Shown piece after piece: positions 41,481 through 51,498 of a stretch of 64,000 nt of DNA. The stretch is taken from assembly GCA_965218585.1 (NCBI GenBank), contig CBDCLE010000022.1, positions 64,001 through 128,000 of the forward strand, read 5' to 3'. Below the pieces are notes generated by a model that was not told the origin of the DNA, did no database searches, and saw only the letters and a list, made by a program, of their open reading frames with translations. A program made the position numbers and the translations under genes. Numbering within the stretch: position 1 is the stretch's first letter; each line of letters opens with the position of its first letter. This DNA comes from Terriglobia bacterium (GTDB lineage Bacteria > Acidobacteriota > Terriglobia > 20CM-2-55-15).

Positions 41481-43184
41481 TCATGAGCTTTTCAACGAAG
41501 TAGCATCCCTGTAAAAATCCGCGTCATAAAGTGTAGGCCCCGTATCGCCGTCGAGCATTATTTTCCTCAGGAACCGAATCGGTATCCCGCCCTGGATGAG
41601 AAACTCGTCGTGGAATCGTCGGAGATCCGAACTTCCGGTCCCACGCATCCAGTCATCCCTGAGCTTATAGACCTGCAGCTTTCCAAGCGCGTAAGCAAGG
41701 TAGGTCGGATCGTAGGTTCCCCGCCTTGCCTCTTCCTGTGCGTTGGCCGGTTCGGCGAATCCCTTCTCCTCGAAGATTCTGGCTCCTTCTGCCACCGTCA
41801 TGCCCTCGGTGTGGAGTTTGATCCCGACTACAAAACGGCAGTCGCGCAAGAGCGCTTCCTGGAGCTGGGCCAGCCGGAGGATTGAGGGGTCCCGACCGTA
41901 GCCGACCTCGATCATCATTTGTTCGGTGTAGTGTGCCCAACCCTCAACGTTCGTGTGACAGTCCAGGAGTTTCCGGGTTCGGGTTGGGAAACGGGGTGCG
42001 TTCAGGAACTGGACGTAGTGACCGGGATAGGCTTCATGGATCGTGATGATCTCCATCACGGGACGATTGAAAAGGCGCAGGTGTTCTTCCTGATGTTGGG
42101 GGGTCCACTCGGGTTCGGGTGGCGTCACATAGTAGTAGGCTTCGCATTCCGGTTTTTCGTAGGGGCCAGGTGTATCCATAGCCGCGAACACACCGAATCG
42201 AAAATATGGGGGCGTTTCTACGATGGAGGGCGGCGTGTCCCGAGGAATGGTCACGATCTGACGGTCGTTAATGAAACCGACGACGTCAGCGAGCGTGTCG
42301 CGCGCTGAGGAGAGAAAGTCTTCAGCAGACGGATAGTCGTCGGAGACCTCCCGCATGATTTCCGATGGCGTTCGATCAGGGTTGATTCGGGCGGCGACTT
42401 CGACAAAATCCTGATAGTCACGCTCCAGATTCGCTTCGCCGATTGCCAACAGGTCGGACAAAGGGATGTCGACCCTTTCTTCGTATCGGAGTTTTGCCAG
42501 GAATGCTTCTTCTCCAATCGCGTACTCAGCTCCGGAGCGGGGCAGCAAATCCTCTTCCAACCATTGCGCTGCATTTTCTACTGCTTCTGCAGCCGGCCGA
42601 TGTGCTCCCCTGAACTCCTCTAACAGGTCGCTATCTCCTTCAGCTGCCTTGAAGGCCCACTCCTCCAATGTGGCTCCAAAGAAGCCAACCGAGCCCTTTG
42701 CGATGCGGATTGCCAGGTCGGTGAATTCCTTCGGCGCGTCGGTCACGTTTGTCTTCATGGCTGACACCGCAGGAGGGATTCCCCGTAGGCGTGACGTGAG
42801 CGAACGGAGTCTTTCGGGGGGAGGTGCAAAGTCCCGTTTGATCAGACCGTCGATGGTGTTGCCGATCGCCCACAGGTAATCGATCGGATTTCGTTTCCAG
42901 TTGGCGACTGTGTCCAACTCCGAAAGCTCGGCCTGGATTTGACCGACGATCACCCTGCGATCGATCTCGTCTGAAGCGGAAAGCGGCGTTTGCCGGGTCC
43001 GTTCGAGTTGTTCCTGCTGCTCTTTGAGTTGTTCGATACGTTTCAGGGTAGCCGGGGCGGAAAGATCCGGAAATTCGCCGTCCCGGTTGTGGATGCCCGC
43101 CGCTGTAGCGCGTGAAGGGCTGCGCTCGAAAAGCGCTTCGAAGTATTTTTCCACGAAAGCGGGGAATTCAGGTGGATCGCTCAT
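41481..43184 (-). CDS. DUF885 family protein
   Basis: SPSRATAAGIH.RD, HEAYPGHYVQ, EGWAHYTE, VGIKLH, YALGKL. Confidence 0.9.
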   Translation of the reverse strand: MSDPPEFPAFVEKYFEALFERSPSRATAAGIHNRDGEFPDLSAPATLKRIEQLKEQQEQLERTRQTPLSASDEIDRRVIVGQIQAELSELDTVANWKRNPIDYLWAIGNTIDGLIKRDFAPPPERLRSLTSRLRGIPPAVSAMKTNVTDAPKEFTDLAIRIAKGSVGFFGATLEEWAFKAAEGDSDLLEEFRGAHRPAAEAVENAAQWLEEDLLPRSGAEYAIGEEAFLAKLRYEERVDIPLSDLLAIGEANLERDYQDFVEVAARINPDRTPSEIMREVSDDYPSAEDFLSSARDTLADVVGFINDRQIVTIPRDTPPSIVETPPYFRFGVFAAMDTPGPYEKPECEAYYYVTPPEPEWTPQHQEEHLRLFNRPVMEIITIHEAYPGHYVQFLNAPRFPTRTRKLLDCHTNVEGWAHYTEQMMIEVGYGRDPSILRLAQLQEALLRDCRFVVGIKLHTEGMTVAEGARIFEEKGFAEPANAQEEARRGTYDPTYLAYALGKLQVYKLRDDWMRGTGSSDLRRFHDEFLIQGGIPIRFLRKIMLDGDTGPTLYDADFYRDATSLKSS

Positions 43185-43272
43185 ACGTTTGCCGACCGTA
43201 ATTATGGCATGGTCCTTTTAAGTTGCCTGCCGCGATCGTCCTGCATACAATCTGCCCGAGGAGAGCCTCACA

Positions 43273-43644
43273 ATGAATCCAGGCCCACTGGAAGTCCAAC
43301 GCACACTGATGCGGCTTCGTGTGGAGATCCTGAACTATCTGGATCGCACCGAGGACGATACGGACTTTTGTGGCCGCTGCCATCTGCCGCTTCCTGCGGG
43401 AGATTTTGAATCGTATGAATTCTGTCCCTGGTGCGACCAGTCTCTCAGCGGCTTTGATCCCCGCCAGGACGAATCCCGCCGAATCGTCGAACATCAATGG
43501 GAGATTCAGGATGAGATCCAGTGCGGCGAGTGTGGTGGGGAATACGAACAGCCAGGTCGCTATCCATTCCCGTACTGCCCGCATTGCGGTGCCCCTTTCG
43601 CCGCAGAGGACGAGATGGTCGTTGAACTGCCGTTCCTGGTTTAG
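43273..43644 (+). CDS. Double zinc-ribbon protein
   Basis: Four CxxC pairs (CGRC, CPWC, CGEC, CPHC); GAGGAG RBS. Confidence 0.7.
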   Translation: MNPGPLEVQRTLMRLRVEILNYLDRTEDDTDFCGRCHLPLPAGDFESYEFCPWCDQSLSGFDPRQDESRRIVEHQWEIQDEIQCGECGGEYEQPGRYPFPYCPHCGAPFAAEDEMVVELPFLV

Positions 43645-43691
43645 CGGTTCTTCTCGGGCACCGAACCTCTCTCCGTGCTAAATTTGTCCGG

Positions 43692-45353
43692 ATGGCGATC
43701 TGGAATCACTGGAGGCGAGGAAAAATCGGTCTCGGCATAGTGTTTGCCGCGTTGCTGCTTGCCCGGGCCCTGTTTCCAAATCCACTTCCGCAAATCGAAC
43801 TGACTCCCCGGCTGATTCTCGTGCTCGCCATCGATCAGATGCGTTTCGACTATCTGACTCGATTCGACGATCTTTACAAAGGTGGGCTAAGGACCCTGAT
43901 CGACGAAGGGGCGGTCTTCACGAACGCGCGCTACCGGAACGCCAGCACATGGACCGGCCCCGGGCACTCCGTAATCCTTTCGGGCCGTCACCCGAGCAGC
44001 TCGGGAATCATTTTCAACCAGTGGTGGGACGAGTTTCTCGGACGTGAAGTGGACGTGGTTCGGGACTCGTTCCACGAGATCGTGGGCGGATCTGGGGGCG
44101 GATCGTCGCCGGCAAATTTCGTTGGCTTTACCCTCGGGGATGTCTTGAAGCGCTCCAGCCCGGAGTCAAAGGTTGTGGGAGTGTCCCTCAAGGACGATGC
44201 TGCCGTCCTGATGGCGGGCCCGCAGGCCGATGCCGCCTACTGGTATGAAGGCCGGCTGGGCAGGTTCGTGACCAGCACGTACTACATGGAGGCACTTCCA
44301 GCCTGGCTGGAGGACTGGAATAGGACGAGGGGAGCGGATTCCTACGCCGGGAGACGGTGGACTCGCATAATCGAAGATGAGTCGGTTTACGAAGCTTATG
44401 CCGGTCCAGATGAAGTCGAGGGGGAATGGCGCGAGGGAGTGTTCCCACACGTGTTCCCAGAAAACGGCTCGGTGACAGATTTCTACATTGAATTGGGACA
44501 GATGCCCTTTGCGGATGACATGACCCTCGACGTTTCTCTGGAAGCTATGCTTGCCGACGATCTGGGGGCCGACGAATACGTGGATATCCTGGCCATCGGT
44601 CTGTCAGGTACTGACAGGGTAGGGCACCGGTACGGTCCTCAGAGCCAGGAGGTGATGGACCAACTCCTCAGGGTGGATTCGTTGTTGGAGGAGGTGTTCG
44701 TTCGGATCGACCAGCAGGTCGGGATGGAAAACGTGGTTGTTGTCATGACAGCCGATCATGGAGTGCAGCCGTTGGCTGCGACGCTGGACCCGGAAGGAAT
44801 CGATGCGCGTCATGTGAACTCAAGCGTCTTGCGTGAGGCGGTTGACGCTGGACTCGAGCAGAGGTTTGGAGACGCCTCCGGTTTCGTTTCGCAGATGAGG
44901 CGCTTCGGGGACGGAATCTATCTGAACACGGCACTCATCGCCGATCGCGGGGTTGCGCGTTCCGATGTCGAACGGATCATCATCGAGGCTCTGATGGGAA
45001 CGGGTTTGGTGGCCGCCGTCTATACACGAGAAGAACTCGTGGGTGATGAGAGGCTGGAGGATCCCTATATTGATCTGTACCGTAATTCATTCTTCTCGTC
45101 GCGCAGCCCCCATCTGTCGATCCGTCTGAAATCAAATATCTATATGGACAACCGTCCCACCGGTACCGGTCATGGCACTCCGTACGATTATGACCGCCAT
45201 GTACCGATCATCCTGATGGGACCGGGTGTTCAGCCGGGGACCTATGCCGAAGATTCCGGACCCGAAGACATTGCTCCGACGCTCGCCCGGATGCTGGGCC
45301 TGGAATACCCTATCGAGCCCGACGCGCGAATCCTCGGCGAAGCGCTCCGATGA
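43692..45353 (+). CDS. Alkaline phosphatase / phosphodiesterase family protein (PafA-like)
   Basis: LAIDQMRFDYL, TWTGPGHS, SLKD..A, TDRVGHRYGP, TADHG, GHGTPYDYDRHVP. Confidence 0.88.
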   Translation: MAIWNHWRRGKIGLGIVFAALLLARALFPNPLPQIELTPRLILVLAIDQMRFDYLTRFDDLYKGGLRTLIDEGAVFTNARYRNASTWTGPGHSVILSGRHPSSSGIIFNQWWDEFLGREVDVVRDSFHEIVGGSGGGSSPANFVGFTLGDVLKRSSPESKVVGVSLKDDAAVLMAGPQADAAYWYEGRLGRFVTSTYYMEALPAWLEDWNRTRGADSYAGRRWTRIIEDESVYEAYAGPDEVEGEWREGVFPHVFPENGSVTDFYIELGQMPFADDMTLDVSLEAMLADDLGADEYVDILAIGLSGTDRVGHRYGPQSQEVMDQLLRVDSLLEEVFVRIDQQVGMENVVVVMTADHGVQPLAATLDPEGIDARHVNSSVLREAVDAGLEQRFGDASGFVSQMRRFGDGIYLNTALIADRGVARSDVERIIIEALMGTGLVAAVYTREELVGDERLEDPYIDLYRNSFFSSRSPHLSIRLKSNIYMDNRPTGTGHGTPYDYDRHVPIILMGPGVQPGTYAEDSGPEDIAPTLARMLGLEYPIEPDARILGEALR

Positions 45354-46501
45354 GAAGGCCATCAGCCCGGGGCCGATAGCCAACGTCAGCCTGTGTGATA
45401 ATTCCTCTCGATGCCCGACCAAAAACCTTACGGATCCTGGAAATCTCCCATCACGGCTGAGTTGATCACGGCAAACGAGGTGTCGCTGGTAAGGCCTCAG
45501 TTCTCGGGGGGGCTCCTCTATTGGCTTGAAGGCAGGCCGTCGGAAGGTGGCCGCAACGTCGTCGTCCGCCGCAATCTAAAAGGCGTCATTGACGATGCGA
45601 TTCCGGACGCGTCGAATGCTCGCTCGCGTGTTCACAAATACGACGGCGGCGCATGGATACCCGACGGTGACCGTGTATTCTTCACCGAAGACACAAGCCA
45701 GCGACTCTATCGTGTGACAGGAGAAGAGGCTGCCACCCCGATTACGCCGGAGCCTCCCATTCCCGGTTCCATCCGTTATGCTGACCTGACCACGACCCCA
45801 GACCACGGTTCGCTGGTTGCGGTTCGTGAAGTTCACGACAACGATCACGATGTTGCGAACGACCTGATCATCGTTGCTGCCGATGGTTCGGTCGCGCCGA
45901 GCAGTCTGACTTCAGGCCACGACTTCTATTCGTTCCCCCGTGTCAGCCCGAACGGGAAACGATTCCTCTGGACGTCCTGGGACCATCCGCAGATGCCGTG
46001 GGATGGGACCGACCTCTGAGTTGGGGACTTCGCTCACGACGGCCTGTCTTCGGTCGAGCATGTTGCTGGGGGCGTAGAAGAGTCCATTTTTCAGCCCGTC
46101 TGGGGTGACGACGATACGATCTACTTCATCTCCGACCGAACCGGCTGGTGGAATCTCTATGCATTCCACGATCGCGAAACACGCGCCCTTGTTCCCATGG
46201 AAGCTGAGTTCGGAGAGCCGCAGTGGGTCTTCGGGCTATCGCGTTACGCCTTGATTGAAGGTGGCCGGCTTGCATGTGTCTACACGCAAAACGGAACCGA
46301 TCATCTGGTCATCGTCGACACCGAACGGAATAGCCTCGAGGATTGGCCTCTACCGTATACATCGATTACAGGGATGGCAAGCGATGGGAATAGACGAGTG
46401 GCGATCATCGGATCATCACCTTCTGTGCCCACTGAGCTGGTTCTGACTGAAGTCGGGTCTTCGAGTAGGACCGTCGTTAGGCAAAGCCTCGATATAGAAC
46501 T

Positions 46502-47887
46502 GAGTTATTGTCAAAAGTGGTGTTTTGCCGATTGACTCAAGCGGCGGCCTGATCGACGTGGGTCACTTCGATTCCATCGTTGGATTTCACTCCAGTAATC
46601 ACCTTGGGCAGATCATCGAATCCTCGTAATCGTCGCCAGTTCTTTTGAGCGCACTGTCCCAGTTTGAACATCATGTGCAGCATGCCAACCCGCGTCAGGC
46701 AACCCCTGGATCGCTTGGTTCGGTGGCGAATGGTAGCAAAGGTCGACTCAATGGGATTGGTCGTTCGGATGCTCTGCCAGTGCTTGGCCGGGAAGTTGAA
46801 GAAGGCCAGCAGTTCTTCTTTGTCTTTCTGGAGGCAGCGAGTGGCTTTCGGATACTTCGGCTCATAGGTTTCAATGAACAGATCGAATGCCTTCTCGGCG
46901 TCTGCCTGTGTCTGAGCCCGCCAGATCGCGTGCAAAGCCTGTTTCGCCTTCGCCTGGGCCGACTTCGGGAGCCCGTTCAGTACGTTCATGGTCTTGTGCA
47001 TCCAGCAACGTTGGTGACGTGTCTCGGGATAGATTTCCTCCAGTGCGGCCCAGAATCCCATCGCACCGTCTCCGATGGCCAACTTCGGGATATTCATCCC
47101 ACGCGACTTCAGCTTTAACAAGACCTCGCGCCAACTCTGTGTCGATTCCCGGACACCGTCTTCGATTGCCAGAAAACGTTTCTCTCCGCGTTGATTCGCG
47201 CCGATCACCACCAGTGCGCACAACTTGGTTTCTTCGGCCCGCAGTCCGCTGTAGATACCGTCGGCCCAGACATAGACCCAGCGATCGGCATCCAATCGCT
47301 CCTCGCATCCCCGGCGGTACTGCTCGGCCCAGACCTGTTTCAACCGCGATACCGTGCTCGCCGACAGACCCTGCGCCTGGGGTCCGACAAGAACTTTTAG
47401 AGCGTCACCCATCTCGCCGCTGGAGACGCCTTTCAAATACAACCACGGCACCGCTGCTTCCAGCGATTTCGTTTTCCGAATGTAGGGAGGTACCAGGGCC
47501 GACCGGAACGTTACCGGGTCGCCAGTCTTCGCTCGGACTTTCGGGATCTGGACCGTTACCGGCCCCAAACCGGTCTGCAGTTCACGTTCAGGCAGATAAC
47601 CGTTGCGCACCACCCCGGCGTTGCCCGTCTCGGTTCTCCGATCGCCGTGGTGGGATAGCAGTTCCGCCAATTCGGTTTCCACCGCGCGTTGGATCAGTTG
47701 CTGAGCTCCAACTCGTAGTAGCTCTGTTATCGGATCCTCAATCGTCTCTCGACCCTCCGGTCCATTCACGTTACTCTTGCTCATAGTGGCGTATCTCCCT
47801 TGGTTGCTTTGAAGTCTGGTAAACAACAAATCAACCAGATACGCCGCTCTTCCTCAATCCCTTAAACACCAGATTCGGTTATAACTC
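46502..47887 (-). mobile_element. IS256-family insertion sequence, 1386 bp
   Basis: Imperfect TIRs GAGTTAT..TGGTGTTT; 9-bp target duplication TATAGAACT at 46493-46501 and 47888-47896. Confidence 0.92.
46537..47784 (-). CDS. IS256-family (Mutator) transposase
   Basis: RNGYLPER, LYLKGVSSG, VWADG, IGDGAMGFW, QRCWMHK, IRTTNPIES. Confidence 0.95.
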   Translation of the reverse strand: MSKSNVNGPEGRETIEDPITELLRVGAQQLIQRAVETELAELLSHHGDRRTETGNAGVVRNGYLPERELQTGLGPVTVQIPKVRAKTGDPVTFRSALVPPYIRKTKSLEAAVPWLYLKGVSSGEMGDALKVLVGPQAQGLSASTVSRLKQVWAEQYRRGCEERLDADRWVYVWADGIYSGLRAEETKLCALVVIGANQRGEKRFLAIEDGVRESTQSWREVLLKLKSRGMNIPKLAIGDGAMGFWAALEEIYPETRHQRCWMHKTMNVLNGLPKSAQAKAKQALHAIWRAQTQADAEKAFDLFIETYEPKYPKATRCLQKDKEELLAFFNFPAKHWQSIRTTNPIESTFATIRHRTKRSRGCLTRVGMLHMMFKLGQCAQKNWRRLRGFDDLPKVITGVKSNDGIEVTHVDQAAA

Positions 47888-48745
47888 TATAGAACTCGAC
47901 CCGAGGGAACTGTCTCGGCCAGAACACATCGAGTTTCCTTCATCCGGCGGGCGCACGGCGTACGCGTTCTTTTATCCCCCGACCAATAGGACGCACACCG
48001 GGATTTCCGGAGAGAAACCTCCTTTGATTGTGACGAGTCACGGCGGTCCGACATCTCACGCCACATCCGGCCTCAAGCTCAAGACTCAATTCTGGACAAG
48101 TCGGGGATTCGCGGTTGTGGACGTCAACTACGGCGGCAGTACCGGCTACGGACGGGAGTACAGAAACCGTCTTCGTGGTCGGTGGGGGATCGTGGATCTT
48201 GAGGACTGCGTGGAAGCTGCCAGGCATCTGGCCGGGAACGGATACGTCGATGGCGAGAGGATGGCCATTCGGGGAGGGAGTGCCAGTGGATTTACGACGC
48301 TGGCCGCCCTGGCGTTTAACGATCTGTTCCGAGCCGGCGCGTCTTACTACGGCGTTGCGGATCTGGAGGCCCTGGCCCGGGATACACACAAGTTTGAATC
48401 CCGTTATCTGGACAATCTGATTGGCCCCTATCCGGAACGCGCTGATTTGTATCGGGAGCGGTCGCCTCTTCGTAAGGCAGAAAGCCTGTCGGCTCCGATC
48501 ATATTCTTTCAGGGGCTTCTGGATCCGGTAGTGCCGCCATCACAGGCCGAGGAGATGATCGACGCGCTCAGGGAAAAGGGGCTTCCGTTCGCTTATGTGA
48601 CATTTGCCGAGGAGCGGCACGGTTTCAGGCAAGCAGCCTCGATCCGTCGTTCGTTGGAGGCCGAACTCTACTTTTATTCTCGCGTGTTCGGTTTCCAGAT
48701 TGCCGATTCTGTTGATCCGGTTCGAATCGAAAACTTCGATTGACC

Positions 48746-49654
48746 ATGCGTTGGATTTCAATCATCTGCATTCTTCATGCGACGGCCGTAGAAGCCCAGG
48801 ACTTCCCGGGTTTTTGCGCCGAATGGGGAGAGCCGAGGGAAGTGGGTCAACTGGACCCAGAATTGATTGCCGAGGCCAGTGGGATCGAGGTCTCGTCGGT
48901 TTTTCCCGACCGTCTATACCATGTGGACGATTCTTCAACGCGTTTCTATGTGACTGATACGGGTGGGAGCTTCATAAAGTCGGTGTCTATCACCGGAACC
49001 AGCGGAACCGACGTAGAAGACCTGGCCCTGGGTCCATGCGGGGAAACGACGTGTCTGTTCATCGCCGATATCGGGGACAATTCGAGCCAGAGGGAGAGCA
49101 TCGAGGTGATCGTCGTCGAGGAAGTCGAAGATTTTCCTGAACAGGTATTGCCTATGCACCGGATCAGCTTGAGATACCCAGAGGGGCCCGAAGACGCAGA
49201 GGCCCTGGCAGTCGGTCCAAACGGCGATCTGTTAGTGCTCGCGAAGCGCATCTTTCCCGAGGAATCCGACCCTCACTCCGAACTGTTTCGGTTGCCTGCC
49301 GAGAGTTGGATCGGGGAAACGAATTACAGCGGAACGCTCGAATCCGTGTCGGGGATCGATTTCGGTGACCTTGCCTCGAGCTTGCCCGGCAGACTGGTCA
49401 CTGCGATGGATTTCTCAGAAGACGGAGAGCGACTTCTTGTCCTGACGTATCTTGACGCCTACGAGTTCCGACTCAGTCGAGTCGAGACATCCGAGTCGCT
49501 GGTTGAAGGAAGAGACTACGAACGTATTTCTCTCGCACCCTTGCGCCAGCAGGAATCGGTTGCTTATGTTCCGGGATCTCCATCCTTGATATACGGGACC
49601 GAGTCCGGGGGTGGGCGATCGCCGATCATGCGGGTCGAATGCCGGACGCGTTGA
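48746..49654 (+). CDS. Secreted hypothetical protein, probable beta-propeller
   Basis: Signal peptide; EASGI, DVEDLA, FIADIGDN, DAEALA, VTAMDFS, QQESVA blade-like repeats. Confidence 0.7.
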   Translation: MRWISIICILHATAVEAQDFPGFCAEWGEPREVGQLDPELIAEASGIEVSSVFPDRLYHVDDSSTRFYVTDTGGSFIKSVSITGTSGTDVEDLALGPCGETTCLFIADIGDNSSQRESIEVIVVEEVEDFPEQVLPMHRISLRYPEGPEDAEALAVGPNGDLLVLAKRIFPEESDPHSELFRLPAESWIGETNYSGTLESVSGIDFGDLASSLPGRLVTAMDFSEDGERLLVLTYLDAYEFRLSRVETSESLVEGRDYERISLAPLRQQESVAYVPGSPSLIYGTESGGGRSPIMRVECRTR

Positions 49655-49669
49655 AGCGTCGTCCTTTAG

Positions 49670-51137
49670 TACTACTGTGTTATAAACGAAGCGGTCCACA
49701 GAACGGACAACGAGGAAGCTGCTGAATCAGGAAGCGGGCGATGCGAATGCGAAGCGTGGCAATCGAGCAGGGGTTATGTCGTTCGGGCCGGATCCGGGGT
49801 TCCGCGGGGTTTGAAGTGTTTGGGGAGTTTGGGGACGGATAGTCCAACATGCTCGACAAATGCAGAGGGGGAAAAACGGCTCCGCTCGGCGACCAGGAAC
49901 CCATAAGAGGCAATACATAAGGTGCCATGATGGTGAAATCCACGCCAGCCGCGACCTTCGTAGTGTCCCAGACCGAGTTCCTGCTTGAGTTCCTGATAGT
50001 CGCGTTCGATGATCCAGCGCTGTTTGGCCTGACCGGCCAGATCGGAAAGCGAGGTATGGGCCCCAAGAGTGGAGAGCCAGTACCGGATCGGTTCGGATGC
50101 GGTCTTGGGCCACTCGACCAACAACCACTCTTTCGGATGCGGCGAGTGGCGCTCGTGATCCAGATGAGCGGGACGAATGCGAACTGCGGCGAAACGGGAA
50201 CGCAGGGTCTCGGAGGTGCCTTCGCGCCAGGAGACGTTCTTCCAACGCTGGGGAGACAACGAGAGGGCCAGTTGCTTGACCGAAACCGGTTGATGTTTCT
50301 TGTTGCGCTGCATGCGGGTCGGTGTCCGTCCGCGGCCGGTCAAGGATTTCGGCGGCAAGGGACCCTGGCCCGGTTTCCACACGGTCGTGGTGCCTTGCAC
50401 CCCTAGGACGTAGCTAAGTCCGAGTTCGGTGATGCCGTGCCGGAACTTGTAGTTGTTGCCGTAGGCCGTATCGCCCAGAACCGGTGCCGGAGCAATGCCG
50501 TCATCGACGGCCTGCCGGATTTGTTCCAAAGCAATTTGAGGTTTAGTTTGAAATCGAACGTCTTCGGGAATAGCGGCTTTGCTTCGACGTTCCGGATCCT
50601 TCGCCCAGGTCTCGGGGAGGTAGAGTCGCCATGCCACCGGCAAGCTGGATTTCGCTGTCGCCACCGACAGGCTCACCGCCACCCGGCAGTTCTCAGGTTT
50701 GCCGACCTGTCCACAGTATTGCCGGGCCACACCCACCGAGTGGGTCCCCTTTTTCACGAATCCGGTGTCGTCGACAATCCAGGCTTCAATCGGACCGTTG
50801 GCTTCCATCGCCCCCAGCGCGTACTGTCGAACTTCTGCCAACAGAGCCGCATCGTCCCAGGGCGCATCCGCGACCAGATGATGTAGCGACTGGTGCATTC
50901 GGCGTACATTATCCGGAGCCAATCGTGCAGCCATCGGCTCCACACTCTTACGTTTGATCGGCAGCAACAACCCGGTGCAGTACGACTTCAACGGTTCATG
51001 ACGATCGGCGTGTCCTGCGGCCGACGCCAGGCGTTCCAAATAGGCCGCAAAACGTTTTTCCTGAGTGCCTGGCGCCTTCGATTTGGCGCTCATGACCGGA
51101 TGCTAACATAAAATAGGCCGTTTGTAACATAGTAGTA
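49670..51137 (-). mobile_element. IS701-family insertion sequence, 1468 bp
   Basis: TIRs TACTACTGTGTTATAAA / TACTACTATGTTACAAA; TTAG duplicated at 49666-49669 and 51138-51141. Confidence 0.9.
49774..51093 (-). CDS. IS701-family transposase
   Basis: RKSVEPMA, IVDDTGFVKKGTHSVGVARQYCG, DTAYG, RWIIERDYQELKQELGLGHYEGRGWRGFHHH. Confidence 0.95.
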   Translation of the reverse strand: MSAKSKAPGTQEKRFAAYLERLASAAGHADRHEPLKSYCTGLLLPIKRKSVEPMAARLAPDNVRRMHQSLHHLVADAPWDDAALLAEVRQYALGAMEANGPIEAWIVDDTGFVKKGTHSVGVARQYCGQVGKPENCRVAVSLSVATAKSSLPVAWRLYLPETWAKDPERRSKAAIPEDVRFQTKPQIALEQIRQAVDDGIAPAPVLGDTAYGNNYKFRHGITELGLSYVLGVQGTTTVWKPGQGPLPPKSLTGRGRTPTRMQRNKKHQPVSVKQLALSLSPQRWKNVSWREGTSETLRSRFAAVRIRPAHLDHERHSPHPKEWLLVEWPKTASEPIRYWLSTLGAHTSLSDLAGQAKQRWIIERDYQELKQELGLGHYEGRGWRGFHHHGTLCIASYGFLVAERSRFSPSAFVEHVGLSVPKLPKHFKPRGTPDPARTT

Positions 51138-51498
51138 TTAGTGGCCAGAGTATAATCACCGCCATGCGCCCCTCGACACGCGTTTCTCTCATTGTGGTGA
51201 TTCTGTTTGTCGGCATCGTCGAACTGAACTTGATGACTCAACCTTATGGAACTCCCTAACGTCTAAACATTCAGGTCGGTAGCATCCTAGGCCGCTCGCA
51301 ACGATTTAGGGTGCTGAACAAGCTTTTCTCAGAACCGTTGGCGTGGTATAAAGCGGGCTTTGAGTGTGGCCCGGAAGTGACTCAGCCCGGTGGCCTTATT
51401 AAGAGGATCAATTGGTCGTTGAAGCTCTTGGAATTCCCCGGTGGAGCATGTTCTAATTACAGATAGGTTTTCGGTGACAAGATGATTTGGAGGTGTCT

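Larger units (their letters stand above)
45411..48743 (+). pseudogene. S9 family (prolyl oligopeptidase-like) peptidase interrupted by IS256 and an in-frame TGA at 46017-46019
   Basis: PYGSWKSPIT, WLEGRPSEGGR, HPQMPWDGT, SDRTGWWNLY; after IS removal [37 protein letters not shown] are all in one frame. Confidence 0.9.

Noticed and set aside
26116-46019. Selenocysteine at the in-frame TGAs
   Set aside because: At least two of the three positions correspond to Trp in family motifs, not Cys, and no consistent SECIS-like hairpin was seen.
51142-51260. IS701-created hybrid promoter and 31-aa ORF (MRPSTRVSLIVVILFVG..)
   Set aside because: TATAAT is present, but the TTGTAA in the IS end is ~22 nt away; the ORF has no RBS and may be a gene remnant.
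51365-51445. tRNA-like stretch (TGACTCAGCCCGGT)
   Set aside because: Resembles a D-arm only; no anticodon stem or TTCG T-loop.
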